Virus record (IMG/VR): IMGVR_UViG_3300008116_000137
Span: 1-58,132 of that record
From: a virus
Taxonomy: Duplodnaviria > Caudoviricetes
DNA length: 58,132 bases
Direction: 5' to 3' (one strand)
Numbering within the stretch: the stretch's first letter is position 1; every line of letters begins with the position of its first letter. The notes under the pieces are model-generated. The model was not told the DNA's origin. It ran no database searches and saw only the letters and a program-made list of their open reading frames with translations. The translations under genes and the position numbers were made by a program. Below, in pieces: positions 49,217 to 57,509 of the stretch.

Positions 49217-49621
49217 ATGACTCCACAAGAAATTTTCGATGTTGTCTCTGAACATCTTTTTTTACAAGGAAAAAGATCAGTAGATAAAACTCACTGCCGC
49301 TATCATTCTGATGATGGATTAAAATGTGCAGTCGGTGTATTAATTCCTGAAATATCATTTATTTTAGAATACGATCAAGGAAACAAACCAATAAAGAGTT
49401 TGTTAGTCTCATACCCACTAAATTTTCCAGATTGGATGCACGACAATGTAGAACTGTTATCTCATCTTCAGTCCGTTCATGACAGGACTATAAATTGGGA
49501 AAAATCAGATAATATGATAAAATCCTTGACAGAGGTTGCAGAATATTATAATTTGTCTTCATCAAAGTTGGGGTTGTTCAGACGTGATTTTGAACATGAA
49601 GTTAAAGACGAGGAAAATTGA
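49217..49621 (+). CDS. Paralog family protein, copy 3
   Basis: MTPQEIFD.V..HLF.QG, C.Y, CAVG.LI, LQSVHD. Confidence 0.8.
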   Translation: MTPQEIFDVVSEHLFLQGKRSVDKTHCRYHSDDGLKCAVGVLIPEISFILEYDQGNKPIKSLLVSYPLNFPDWMHDNVELLSHLQSVHDRTINWEKSDNMIKSLTEVAEYYNLSSSKLGLFRRDFEHEVKDEEN

Positions 49622-49815
49622 TGATAGATTATCAGTATACAAATCCTTTTTTCATGGATGGTGTTCTTTCTGCGGAAGTTGGTGAAGATACATCAGCTTG
49701 TCCATATGATTATCGTAAATATGATGATGAAAAGAAGATTCAAGTCGAATATTATCGTCAAACCGAATGGTATGCTGGTTATTGGAGTGTGAAGAATGAA
49801 AAATCTGATAGTTGA
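49618..49815 (+). CDS. RMF/CrpP-fold-like small protein
   Basis: F.DG..A..G.D...CPY......W.AGY pattern. Confidence 0.5.
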   Translation: MMIDYQYTNPFFMDGVLSAEVGEDTSACPYDYRKYDDEKKIQVEYYRQTEWYAGYWSVKNEKSDS

Positions 49816-50059
49816 AAAGAAGGTAAATGTTACTGCAACATTTGATCCTATCGAATGGGGAACAGACGATCAGGAAATAGCAGATAAATTGAATAATCGT
49901 TTTGAATTCTATGTTAATAAAGGTTACAGTAAAGATGAAGTTCTTCGTTCAATGTATAAAGTATTGAGTCAGTATAATTTACATACAGATTATGGCTTGA
50001 CATTTCTAAATGATATTGTAGACTTCATATATTGGGAATAAGTTTAAAAGGAGAATGAG

Positions 50060-50227
50060 TTGATCAACATTCAGTTTCAAGATCAAGTAGGTAACTGGAT
50101 CACTGTTTCTGTCACTGATAATATTTCTCTTAACATTCTAAATGCAATGCGAGAAGTGCAACGACAGTTTGGTGGTCGTGTTCGTGCAGTCGATCAGAAT
50201 GGGCGTCTTGTTGATATTTTGATGTGA
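50060..50227 (+). CDS. Hypothetical protein (55 aa, not in ORF track)
   Basis: RBS aaggag, TTG start; ...GNWITV...RVRAVDQNGRLVDILM. Confidence 0.55.
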   Translation: MINIQFQDQVGNWITVSVTDNISLNILNAMREVQRQFGGRVRAVDQNGRLVDILM

Positions 50228-50234
50228 GACTGTA

Positions 50235-50663
50235 ATGCTTAATCGTGATGTTAAGATGATGAAATTTGTGAGACGACTGGCTATTGACAATAAAGGTGTA
50301 AAAGACAGATTTAAATTGGCAGCAGCCCTCACCCTGAAAAGGGATGTGATTTCGATTGGGTTTAATGAAATGAGATCACATCCGCTTCAAAAACAATTTG
50401 GTAAAAATGAAGAGTCTATTTTTCTTCATGCAGAGATTTCATCTATTGTAAACGCTCTTAATCACATAGACAAAAGCGATCTTAAAAAATCTACTCTATA
50501 TATTCATAGAGTAAAAAAGCTGAGTAAGTTTGATTCTGAATGGGTAGATGGAATGGCATGTCCATGTGAAGGTTGTCAGTCAGCAATTTACTCGTTTGGT
50601 ATTCCTAGAGTAATTTATTCTACAAACACAAATGACGAATATACAGAGTGGAGAAACACATGA
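50235..50663 (+). CDS. Cytidine/dCMP deaminase-fold zinc protein
   Basis: HAE and PCEGC zinc-binding motifs. Confidence 0.85.
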   Translation: MLNRDVKMMKFVRRLAIDNKGVKDRFKLAAALTLKRDVISIGFNEMRSHPLQKQFGKNEESIFLHAEISSIVNALNHIDKSDLKKSTLYIHRVKKLSKFDSEWVDGMACPCEGCQSAIYSFGIPRVIYSTNTNDEYTEWRNT

Positions 50664-50932
50664 AAAAGATTATTACTATTGTTACAGTTCTAGTTATTTC
50701 CCTTGCTTCAATCGCACCAGCAAATGCATGGTATCGCCGTGGTTATTATGGTGGCTATGGTGGCTACTATGGTGGTTGGGGCGCAGCAGCAGGTATTGGT
50801 CTAGGATTGGGTCTTCTAGGTGGGGCAATCGCTGCTTCTCAATATCCTTATCGATATAACTATTATCCATATCCTTATTATTCTACTCCATATTATGGGG
50901 GTTATGGTTATAATCCATATTATGGATGGTAA
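50660..50932 (+). CDS. Secreted Gly/Tyr/Pro-rich protein (Rhizobiales BA14K/sulfur-globule-like style)
   Basis: Signal peptide ending PANA, GYYGG repeats, GLGLGLLGGAIAA segment. Confidence 0.7.
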   Translation: MKKIITIVTVLVISLASIAPANAWYRRGYYGGYGGYYGGWGAAAGIGLGLGLLGGAIAASQYPYRYNYYPYPYYSTPYYGGYGYNPYYGW

Positions 50933-50970
50933 AAAATGTCAAAAATGTGAAGTAGATTGGCAGATAGTAG

Positions 50971-51001
50971 TTGACACAGTGAAGAGTAAATGGTATAAAT
51001 A
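50971..51001 (+). promoter_or_regulatory. Overlapping sigma70 (TTGACA-17-TATAAA) and late (TATAAATA) promoters for pmoC
   Basis: ttgaca cagtgaagagtaaatgg tataaata. Confidence 0.8.
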
Positions 51002-51076
51002 AATCCAAGAGTGGCGGTTTCCCGTCACCAAGGCGAAACTGACCACTTGATTTTTATCTCTTAAGGAGAATAGTAT

Positions 51077-51841
51077 ATGATTACAACAAATACTGCAAAG
51101 GTTGCAGTTGCAGAACAGTCAGAAGTAGTCGATCTTCGTGGAATGTGGATTGGTTTAGGTCTATTAAACACATTCTATCTAATTGTCAGAATTTATGAAC
51201 AAGTATACGGTTGGAGGGCCGGTCTTGATTCATTTGCTCCAGAGTTTCAGACATATTGGATGTCTATTCTCTGGACAGAGATTCCACTTGAACTAGTATC
51301 AGGACTAGCACTTGCCGGATATCTTTGGAAGACAAGGGATCGTGCAATTGACAGCGTGGCTCCTCGTGAAGAGATGCGCCGTCTTGTTACACTAGTACAA
51401 TGGTTAGTAGTATATGCAGTTGCAATTTATTGGGGTGCATCTTTCTTTACTGAACAGGATGGAACCTGGCATATGACAGTAATTCGTGATACTGACTTTA
51501 CACCAAGTCATATTATTGAGTTTTATATGTCATATCCAATTTACTCAATTATTGCAGTTGGGGCTTTCTTTTATGCTCGTACACGTATTCCATATTTCTC
51601 ACATGGATATAGTCTTGCATTCTTGATTGTTGCTATCGGTCCATTTATGATTATTCCAAACGTTGGTCTTAACGAGTGGGGTCATACATTCTGGTTCATG
51701 GAAGAACTATTCGTAGCACCTCTACATTGGGGCTTCGTGTTCTTTGGTTGGATGGCATTAGGAGTATTTGGTGTAGTTCTACAGATTCTAGGTAGAGTAC
51801 ATTCTCTATTAGGTAAAGAAGGTGTCAATCTTCTAACTTGA
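51077..51841 (+). CDS. pmoC: Particulate methane monooxygenase subunit C (auxiliary metabolic gene)
   Basis: GLDSFAPEFQTYW, EQDGTWH..RDTDFTPSHI, NEWGHTFWFMEELFVAPLHWGFV; Methylocystis/Methylosinus-type sequence. Confidence 0.97.
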   Translation: MITTNTAKVAVAEQSEVVDLRGMWIGLGLLNTFYLIVRIYEQVYGWRAGLDSFAPEFQTYWMSILWTEIPLELVSGLALAGYLWKTRDRAIDSVAPREEMRRLVTLVQWLVVYAVAIYWGASFFTEQDGTWHMTVIRDTDFTPSHIIEFYMSYPIYSIIAVGAFFYARTRIPYFSHGYSLAFLIVAIGPFMIIPNVGLNEWGHTFWFMEELFVAPLHWGFVFFGWMALGVFGVVLQILGRVHSLLGKEGVNLLT

Positions 51842-51847
51842 CAAAAT

Positions 51848-51920
51848 TGCGGGTGGTAGGTATAGTTATCTTGCCGGTTTCATACGCCGGTAAAAGTGGG
51901 GGCAGTTCCCACACCCGCTT
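51848..51920 (+). tRNA. Atypical tRNA with CAT anticodon (Met/fMet-like), non-canonical D and T loops
   Basis: Acceptor gcgggt/acccgc, anticodon arm ccggt-ttCATac-gccgg, T arm gtggg-ggcagtt-cccac. Confidence 0.6.
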
Positions 51921-52004
51921 CATAGCTTCCACGACGGGGAACTTTCGTCAGCCAAATAGGTTTTCTGTTATCCTATGGAAGAAAAACAGACAAGTTTACG
52001 GAAT

Positions 52005-52100
52005 TGGTCAGTGGTGAAAGAGTAGACACGGCGGAACTCGCTGCTGTTATGATACTAGTCGGATAACAGCGTGTAGGTGCAAGTCCTACCTGACCTACCA
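52005..52100 (+). ncRNA. tRNA-like RNA with CCA end, long variable arm and no canonical anticodon loop
   Basis: ggtcag/ctgacc acceptor + ACCA, T arm gtagg-tgcaagt-cctac, long ctgttat/ataacag arm. Confidence 0.6.
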
Positions 52101-52107
52101 AATATAT

Positions 52108-52183
52108 GGACTCTTAGCTCAATAGGTAGAGCATCGGACTTTTAATCCGCTGGTCCTGGGTTCGAATCCCAGAGAGTCCTCCA
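52108..52183 (+). tRNA. tRNA-Lys(TTT)
   Basis: Cloverleaf, ctTTTaa loop, TTCGAAT, CCA. Confidence 0.93.
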
Positions 52184-52208
52184 TTATAAATAAGTTAAGT
52201 TAGTATAT

Positions 52209-52283
52209 TGGAGTGTGGCGCAGCGGTAGCGCAGGTGACTGTTAATCACTTGGTCGCAGGTTCGAATCCTGCCTCTCCAGCCA
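52209..52283 (+). tRNA. tRNA-Asn(GTT)
   Basis: Cloverleaf, ctGTTaa loop, TTCGAAT, CCA. Confidence 0.93.
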
Positions 52284-52288
52284 GAATA

Positions 52289-52376
52289 GACTATCACGCC
52301 TTTCGTAGAAGCGCACCAGATAGTCAGGGGATGGACGCCACAAATAGTCCCGTGAGGGTCCACGGTTAGCCCTCTT
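52289..52376 (+). ncRNA. Structured RNA: hairpin(s) plus 3' pseudoknot
   Basis: gactatc/gatagtc stem; ccgtg/cacgg stem whose gaggg pairs with downstream ccctc. Confidence 0.45.
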
Positions 52377-52389
52377 TTTATTAACAGGA

Positions 52390-52752
52390 GTGAACATGAA
52401 GAAGTTTGTGATTGTTTTTATGATGGTTGTTAATGCTACAAATGCTTATGCACAGTATTTTGCACCTGTTTATATTCCTCCACCTGTTCCAATCCCTCGT
52501 TGGTGGCAACAGGGTGCTATTCCAGTAAGAGAAAGACCAGAATATGCTCCTTTACCACCACCTCCTCAAGAACAAGTTCCTGTACCAGTTCCAGAACCAG
52601 TTATTGTAGAAAAACCAGTTGTTATTGAGAAGAGGATACCGGTAGCTGTGCCAGTTCCTACAAGGAGACCTGTGTGCACAACGTATCCAGACCCATGGGA
52701 TACTTTTGGATACATTTTTGGTGATCCATTTATGATCACTACATGTTACTAA
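52390..52752 (+). CDS. Secreted proline-rich protein
   Basis: Signal peptide ending AYA; PPPP/VPVP tracts; C-terminal Cys pair. Confidence 0.7.
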   Translation: MNMKKFVIVFMMVVNATNAYAQYFAPVYIPPPVPIPRWWQQGAIPVRERPEYAPLPPPPQEQVPVPVPEPVIVEKPVVIEKRIPVAVPVPTRRPVCTTYPDPWDTFGYIFGDPFMITTCY

Positions 52753-52762
52753 ATACAATAAT

Positions 52763-52838
52763 GCTGGTGTAGCTCAGAAGGTAGAGCAACGGATTTGTAA
52801 CCCGTAGGTCGTCAGTTCGATTCTGGCCACCAGCACCA
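52763..52838 (+). tRNA. tRNA-Thr(TGT)
   Basis: Cloverleaf, ttTGTaa loop, CCA. Confidence 0.92.
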
Positions 52839-52850
52839 TAACAAGGTTAT

Positions 52851-52925
52851 TCGGGGATAGTTAAATTGGTATAACGTCGGATTTTGGTTCCGTCTTTCTA
52901 GGTTCGAGTCCTAGTCTCCGATCCA
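52851..52925 (+). tRNA. tRNA-Gln(TTG)
   Basis: Cloverleaf, ttTTGgt loop, CCA. Confidence 0.9.
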
Positions 52926-53052
52926 AACAGGATTATTAATATGGATAATAGACAACATACGATTTCAGCAATTATAAAAATTGTTAGTTTTTTTGCTTTG
53001 ATGATTATTTCTGGTTTTATTTTACAGGATATATATTCATTAGGTTAATAAT

Positions 53053-53127
53053 GCGGATGTAGCTCAATGGTAGAGCAGCAGCCTTCCAAGCTGAATACGA
53101 GGGGTTCGATTCCCCCCTTCCGCTCCA
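53053..53127 (+). tRNA. tRNA-Gly(TCC)
   Basis: Cloverleaf, ctTCCaa loop, CCA. Confidence 0.92.
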
Positions 53128-53142
53128 CATTTAGGTGATTAT

Positions 53143-53652
53143 ATGACAAAAATAACTGTTAAAGGTATTAATACAGAAAATGATACAACAGACCTTCCTA
53201 TAGGAACAGGAAATACTGACGGTAGTTATATTTCGGTAAATTCTAATGGGTCTTTGGTATTTGCTAGTAATGCTACTTATAATGTCATCACAGTAAATTC
53301 AAATTCTTCTGTAAATTTTTCAAGTGAAACTTTTTTTGACTCAAATTCCACATTTAGTACTAATAATGTATTGTTAGGGGCATCTTCACTGACTGCTAAC
53401 GGTTATGCGTGGTTGCCTAATAAATTATTGATACAGTGGGGTAAAGTTTCTGCTAATAATAGTACTCAAGGAAATGCATCATTTTCTGTTCCATTTCCAA
53501 CAGCATGTCTTGGAATTAGTTTGACAGGTATAGCAAATACTGCTAATGTTGCTTATTGTAACACTGCACCTAACAATACAGTTGCTTTGATAAGAACAAA
53601 TGCTGCTACTTCTGCTGGTGCAAATGTTTCATATATTGCTATTGGTCATTAA
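53143..53652 (+). CDS. Tail-fibre-like protein (gp53-like/H-lectin-like C-terminal domain)
   Basis: [26 protein letters not shown] motif. Confidence 0.75.
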   Translation: MTKITVKGINTENDTTDLPIGTGNTDGSYISVNSNGSLVFASNATYNVITVNSNSSVNFSSETFFDSNSTFSTNNVLLGASSLTANGYAWLPNKLLIQWGKVSANNSTQGNASFSVPFPTACLGISLTGIANTANVAYCNTAPNNTVALIRTNAATSAGANVSYIAIGH

Positions 53653-53666
53653 GAAAGGAAAATATT

Positions 53667-54005
53667 ATGATTGATCCAATTTCAAATGCTCTTGCAGCAA
53701 TTTTCATGACAGCATCACTGACTACAGGAGGGCATCATGGTGTGGCTTCTTGGTATGGGTCAGAACTTGCTGGTCATAGAACTGCTTCTGGTGAAAGGTT
53801 TAATCCTAATGGTTTTACAGCCGCACATCGTACGTTACCTCTAGGTACACATTTAGTTGTTACTCATGGTGGTCGTTCTGTGACTGTAAGAGTTAATGAT
53901 CGTGGTCCATTTACACATGGACGATCATTAGATTTGTCACGTGGTGCTGCAAGAGCATTAGGTTGTTCTGGCACCTGTAATGTTGAATATCATGTCGCAA
54001 GATAG
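53667..54005 (+). CDS. rlpA: RlpA-like (DPBB) lytic transglycosylase
   Basis: [39 protein letters not shown]. Confidence 0.92.
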   Translation: MIDPISNALAAIFMTASLTTGGHHGVASWYGSELAGHRTASGERFNPNGFTAAHRTLPLGTHLVVTHGGRSVTVRVNDRGPFTHGRSLDLSRGAARALGCSGTCNVEYHVAR

Positions 54006-54017
54006 GAGATAATGTAA

Positions 54018-54257
54018 ATGAAGAATATTTTAATTTGTTCAATTCTATTTTTATCTACTGCTGCTTATGCTGCTCCTTACGGAACATTTCATAATCCAGT
54101 AGAAGACCCACCTTTCACAGGCGATTGGTCACGACCTGTACATCGTGGAATGTATTGTGTAAAGGGTACATGGCATCACGGTTGGTTACAGCCATGGGAA
54201 AGCAGTCCAGTTATTAAGCCATCATGTGGGACAGCAGTATATCAGATCGAAGATTGA
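54018..54257 (+). CDS. Small secreted protein
   Basis: Signal peptide ending AYA; RBS ggag. Confidence 0.65.
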   Translation: MKNILICSILFLSTAAYAAPYGTFHNPVEDPPFTGDWSRPVHRGMYCVKGTWHHGWLQPWESSPVIKPSCGTAVYQIED

Positions 54258-54259
54258 TC

Positions 54260-55054
54260 ATGAAAACTATTTTGATGTGTAGACCAGTATATTATGATGT
54301 CGATTATGATATAAATCCCTGGATGACAAATAACAAAAATACTGTTGATAAAGAATTGGCCCATATTCAGTGGGAAAATTTATACGAAGCTTTGACAAAA
54401 GTATTTAATGTTAAATTGATTACGGCTGTACAAAATCTTCCAGATATGGTCTTCACAGCAAATGCTGGTTTTTACAAAAAGAGACATAATTTAGTATATG
54501 TTTCAAATTTTAAAAATAGAGAAAGAAAAGGAGAAGAAATCCATTTTATTCAATGGTTTATAAAAAATGGATATTCTATTTTTCAACCAAATGTTCCTTT
54601 TGAGGGCGAAGGTGATCTATTAAAAGGTGATAGCCATAATCATTGGTTCGGTCATGGTTTTAGGTCGGATAGGTCTGTAAAGAATGTTTTTCCATTTACA
54701 GAAATTTCTAATTCTAGACATTTAGAAATGATTGATCCTAGATTCTATCATCTGGATACATGTTTTGTACCATTGAGAAATGGTGGTAATTTATGGTATC
54801 CTGGTGCATTTACCGAAGAATCACAGGAAAAAATTCGTAGGAATTCTTTTAATTCCTATTCTGTAGAAGTTACAGAGGAAGAGGCATTAACATTTTGTTG
54901 TAACGCTATTGTTAAAGATAATTATGTTTTTATGCCAAAATGTGAGTCTGTTGCTAAAAAACTTTTGAAAAAAGGATTCATTGTCAAACAATTTGACATG
55001 AGTGAATTTATGAAATCTGGTGGAGCATGTAAATGTCTGGTTATGTATATTTGA
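54260..55054 (+). CDS. Amidinotransferase / dimethylargininase (pentein) family protein
   Basis: INPWM, LPDMVFTANAG, FEGEGD, FYHLDTCF, KSGGACKC motifs. Confidence 0.9.
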   Translation: MKTILMCRPVYYDVDYDINPWMTNNKNTVDKELAHIQWENLYEALTKVFNVKLITAVQNLPDMVFTANAGFYKKRHNLVYVSNFKNRERKGEEIHFIQWFIKNGYSIFQPNVPFEGEGDLLKGDSHNHWFGHGFRSDRSVKNVFPFTEISNSRHLEMIDPRFYHLDTCFVPLRNGGNLWYPGAFTEESQEKIRRNSFNSYSVEVTEEEALTFCCNAIVKDNYVFMPKCESVAKKLLKKGFIVKQFDMSEFMKSGGACKCLVMYI

Positions 55055-55330
55055 CTTTGTGACGTATTTACTATATACTGATGATAGTTTCCTGTTAAGG
55101 AGTATCAGATGTATAAAGTTGAATACAATGTTAAACATATAAAGAAAAAATCTTTTTTATATGGTCAATTAACTACTCAGACATGTATTTTCCTTAATGT
55201 TAAGGATGCTTTTGATTTTGCTAGGAAAATTAGAAGCAAAAGGAGTAAAAAGATACAAGTTATAGGTCTGCCTGTAATTGAACAGATTTATAAATAATTG
55301 TGCTTATAAACCCTTTGAAAGGAGAATATC

Positions 55331-55552
55331 ATGTTTAAGAATTTAACAGCAAACTGGAAGACTACAGTTGCTGCCCTTATTCCACTAGCAGCATATGGTC
55401 TAAAATATGCTGGTGTTTGGCCAGAATCAATGCCTCTTCCTCCACTAGACGAAGTTTGGCCATTTATTCTAGCATTACTTGGTGTTGGTGTTGCTGCAAA
55501 GGACAACAATGTCACGAATGCATCACATCCTAGTGATCCAACAACACTATAA
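55331..55552 (+). CDS. Small two-TM membrane protein, holin-like candidate
   Basis: Late promoter at 55289; NWKTT start; two hydrophobic segments; AKD.NVT end. Confidence 0.55.
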   Translation: MFKNLTANWKTTVAALIPLAAYGLKYAGVWPESMPLPPLDEVWPFILALLGVGVAAKDNNVTNASHPSDPTTL

Positions 55553-55558
55553 GAATTT

Positions 55559-55581
55559 GGGGAGCTACTTGCTCCCCTTTT
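55559..55581. terminator. Terminator between convergent genes
   Basis: ggggagc-tactt-gctcccc + T run. Confidence 0.75.
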
Positions 55582-55843
55582 TCGTTATAGCATCTGCTTC
55601 ATTTAAAAATTTTCTAATAGATTCAATAGAACTTTTACAAGTCAAATTATTTTTATACAATGTGACTACTGTTTTTGCTACTTGTGCATCTGTTAAAGTT
55701 TTCCAATCGGGGAATTGTTTTAACACAGGACAATTATACATAGCTTCGTCAGGATGGACTACCATGTATTTGTATGAACGTACTACTTCTGTTTCATTAC
55801 AACCGGCTAGTAGTAGGGAAGATAATAATAAAAGTTTTTTCAT
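55565..55843 (-). CDS. Outer-membrane lipoprotein spanin (o-spanin-like)
   Basis: Lipobox LLAG-C, two further Cys; overlaps the upstream gene end. Confidence 0.75.
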   Translation of the reverse strand: MKKLLLLSSLLLAGCNETEVVRSYKYMVVHPDEAMYNCPVLKQFPDWKTLTDAQVAKTVVTLYKNNLTCKSSIESIRKFLNEADAITKKGSK

Positions 55844-56220
55844 TTTTGACCGCTCAATTTTTTGAAAGTATCTTTTAAAATATTTGAAGCCGGTTTATCG
55901 TTTCCTTTTACGACTTCTTTTTCAATGTTTATTTCTATTTCTTTTAATTTATTTGTTAGCTGTTCGTTTTCTTTAATAGTGTTGTTTATTATTTCACTTT
56001 TTCGATTGTTTATTTCGTTTAATTGTTCTATATGCTTTTCTCGATCTTTTATAATTTGTTCAAGTTGAGCTACTTTGTTTTTTGCTATTGCCGCTTCTCT
56101 TTCTTGATCTAAATATCTAAGAAATATGAAGTATAATGCTCCTAGTGAGATGAGAAAAGGTAATATATACAATATATATTTTGTAAAAATAGGTGTTAAA
56201 AAAGCTACTAGTAATTCCAT
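55840..56220 (-). CDS. Inner-membrane spanin (i-spanin-like)
   Basis: N-terminal TM plus coiled coil; late promoter at 56242-56249; RBS aaggagg. Confidence 0.72.
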   Translation of the reverse strand: MELLVAFLTPIFTKYILYILPFLISLGALYFIFLRYLDQEREAAIAKNKVAQLEQIIKDREKHIEQLNEINNRKSEIINNTIKENEQLTNKLKEIEINIEKEVVKGNDKPASNILKDTFKKLSGQK

Positions 56221-56321
56221 GATATACCTCCTTTGACTTCATATTTATAAATGATGGGTTGACAGAGTAGGTAAAATGATTTATAGTTTTTTGTAAATGT
56301 ATTTGTACAGGAGACATAAAT

Positions 56322-56507
56322 TTGATACTTTGTTCATGTAATCTGATATGTACAGAGAAAGTTAAGAACTATTTACAAAATAGTAATACTGAAAATATTC
56401 CTTCTGTTGGGACTGTTATCAGGGGATTGAATTGCAACGCTGTATGTGGTATGTGTTCAATAAATATAAAAAATGCAATAGATAATTTTTATGAGGAAAA
56501 TGAATGA
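56322..56507 (+). CDS. Bacterioferritin-associated ferredoxin-like [2Fe-2S] protein
   Basis: MILCSCN...CGMC (CxC..CxxC), alphaproteobacterial Bfd style. Confidence 0.75.
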   Translation: MILCSCNLICTEKVKNYLQNSNTENIPSVGTVIRGLNCNAVCGMCSINIKNAIDNFYEENE

Positions 56508-57037
56508 AAATCTATATTGGACCATATATTAATTCAATTGGTGTTTATCAGATTGCTGATAAGATTCCTTTTATTAGTGAAGACACAAAAGATAAGATTG
56601 CTGATTGGTTATCCAAAACTTGGATATCATGTTTCTTAACATGGATTTATGAAAAAAGAAAACGTAAAGTTCGTATTCGTATTGATCGTTGTGACACATG
56701 GAATATGGACCATACACTATCATTAATCATCGTTCCAATGCTCAAACAATTAAAAAACACCAAGCACGGTTCTCCTTGTGTTGATGACGAGGACGTTCCA
56801 GAACATATGCGATATAGTGCACCAAAAGATGATTCTGGTTTTGATATGGGTGATAATTGGGTTCACTATAAATGGGATTGGGTTTTAAATGAAATGATTT
56901 GGACTTTTGAACAAATTGTAAATCAAGATGATTTTGACATATTCATTCTTGACAAAGAGAAATATATAGAATATAATGATAGAGTATCTAATGGACTTCG
57001 CCTTTTTGGCAAGTATTATCGTAACCTTTGGGATTAA
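56504..57037 (+). CDS. Conserved T4-like hypothetical protein
   Basis: DTWNMDHTL..II.PMLKQLK, GLRLFGKYY..LWD. Confidence 0.75.
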   Translation: MKIYIGPYINSIGVYQIADKIPFISEDTKDKIADWLSKTWISCFLTWIYEKRKRKVRIRIDRCDTWNMDHTLSLIIVPMLKQLKNTKHGSPCVDDEDVPEHMRYSAPKDDSGFDMGDNWVHYKWDWVLNEMIWTFEQIVNQDDFDIFILDKEKYIEYNDRVSNGLRLFGKYYRNLWD

Positions 57038-57048
57038 GGAGAAACAAA

Positions 57049-57192
57049 ATGTTTAAGATTACAGAAGAAACCAAGGCTGCTGCTGTTGAAGCATTGCGTG
57101 AAATTTTTGGTAAGTATGGAGCAACTAACGAGGAGTTGGAAAAGGCATTTGAAGATGCTGTTGCTATCGTAAAGAAGCAGTTTGGAATGTGA
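57049..57192 (+). CDS. Small hypothetical protein (47 aa, not in ORF track)
   Basis: RBS aaggag; MFKITEETKAAAVEALREIFGKYG... Confidence 0.6.
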   Translation: MFKITEETKAAAVEALREIFGKYGATNEELEKAFEDAVAIVKKQFGM

Positions 57193-57509
57193 TGTTTGAA
57201 TATCAAGCAAAGATACTGAGAGTAATTGATGGTGATACTGTAGAAGCAGAAGTTGATCTTGGGTTTAATATCAAAATGAATATGAAACTTAGATTGGCTG
57301 GTATCAATGCACCAGAAATGACAACGCCAGAAGGCAAAGAGTCTAAAGTTGCATTGGTAACTATGATTGAAGGTAAAACCGTCACTGTTTTATCACAAAA
57401 AGATAAACAAGAAAAATATGGTAGGTATCTTGCTACTATTCTTTGCGACAGAATATCAATTAACGAGTGGTTAGTTGAACATAAATTAGCGGAGAGATAC
57501 ATTGGATAA
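57192..57509 (+). CDS. Thermonuclease (SNase-like)
   Basis: VIDGDT, RLAGINAPE, KYGRYLA motifs. Confidence 0.88.
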   Translation: MFEYQAKILRVIDGDTVEAEVDLGFNIKMNMKLRLAGINAPEMTTPEGKESKVALVTMIEGKTVTVLSQKDKQEKYGRYLATILCDRISINEWLVEHKLAERYIG

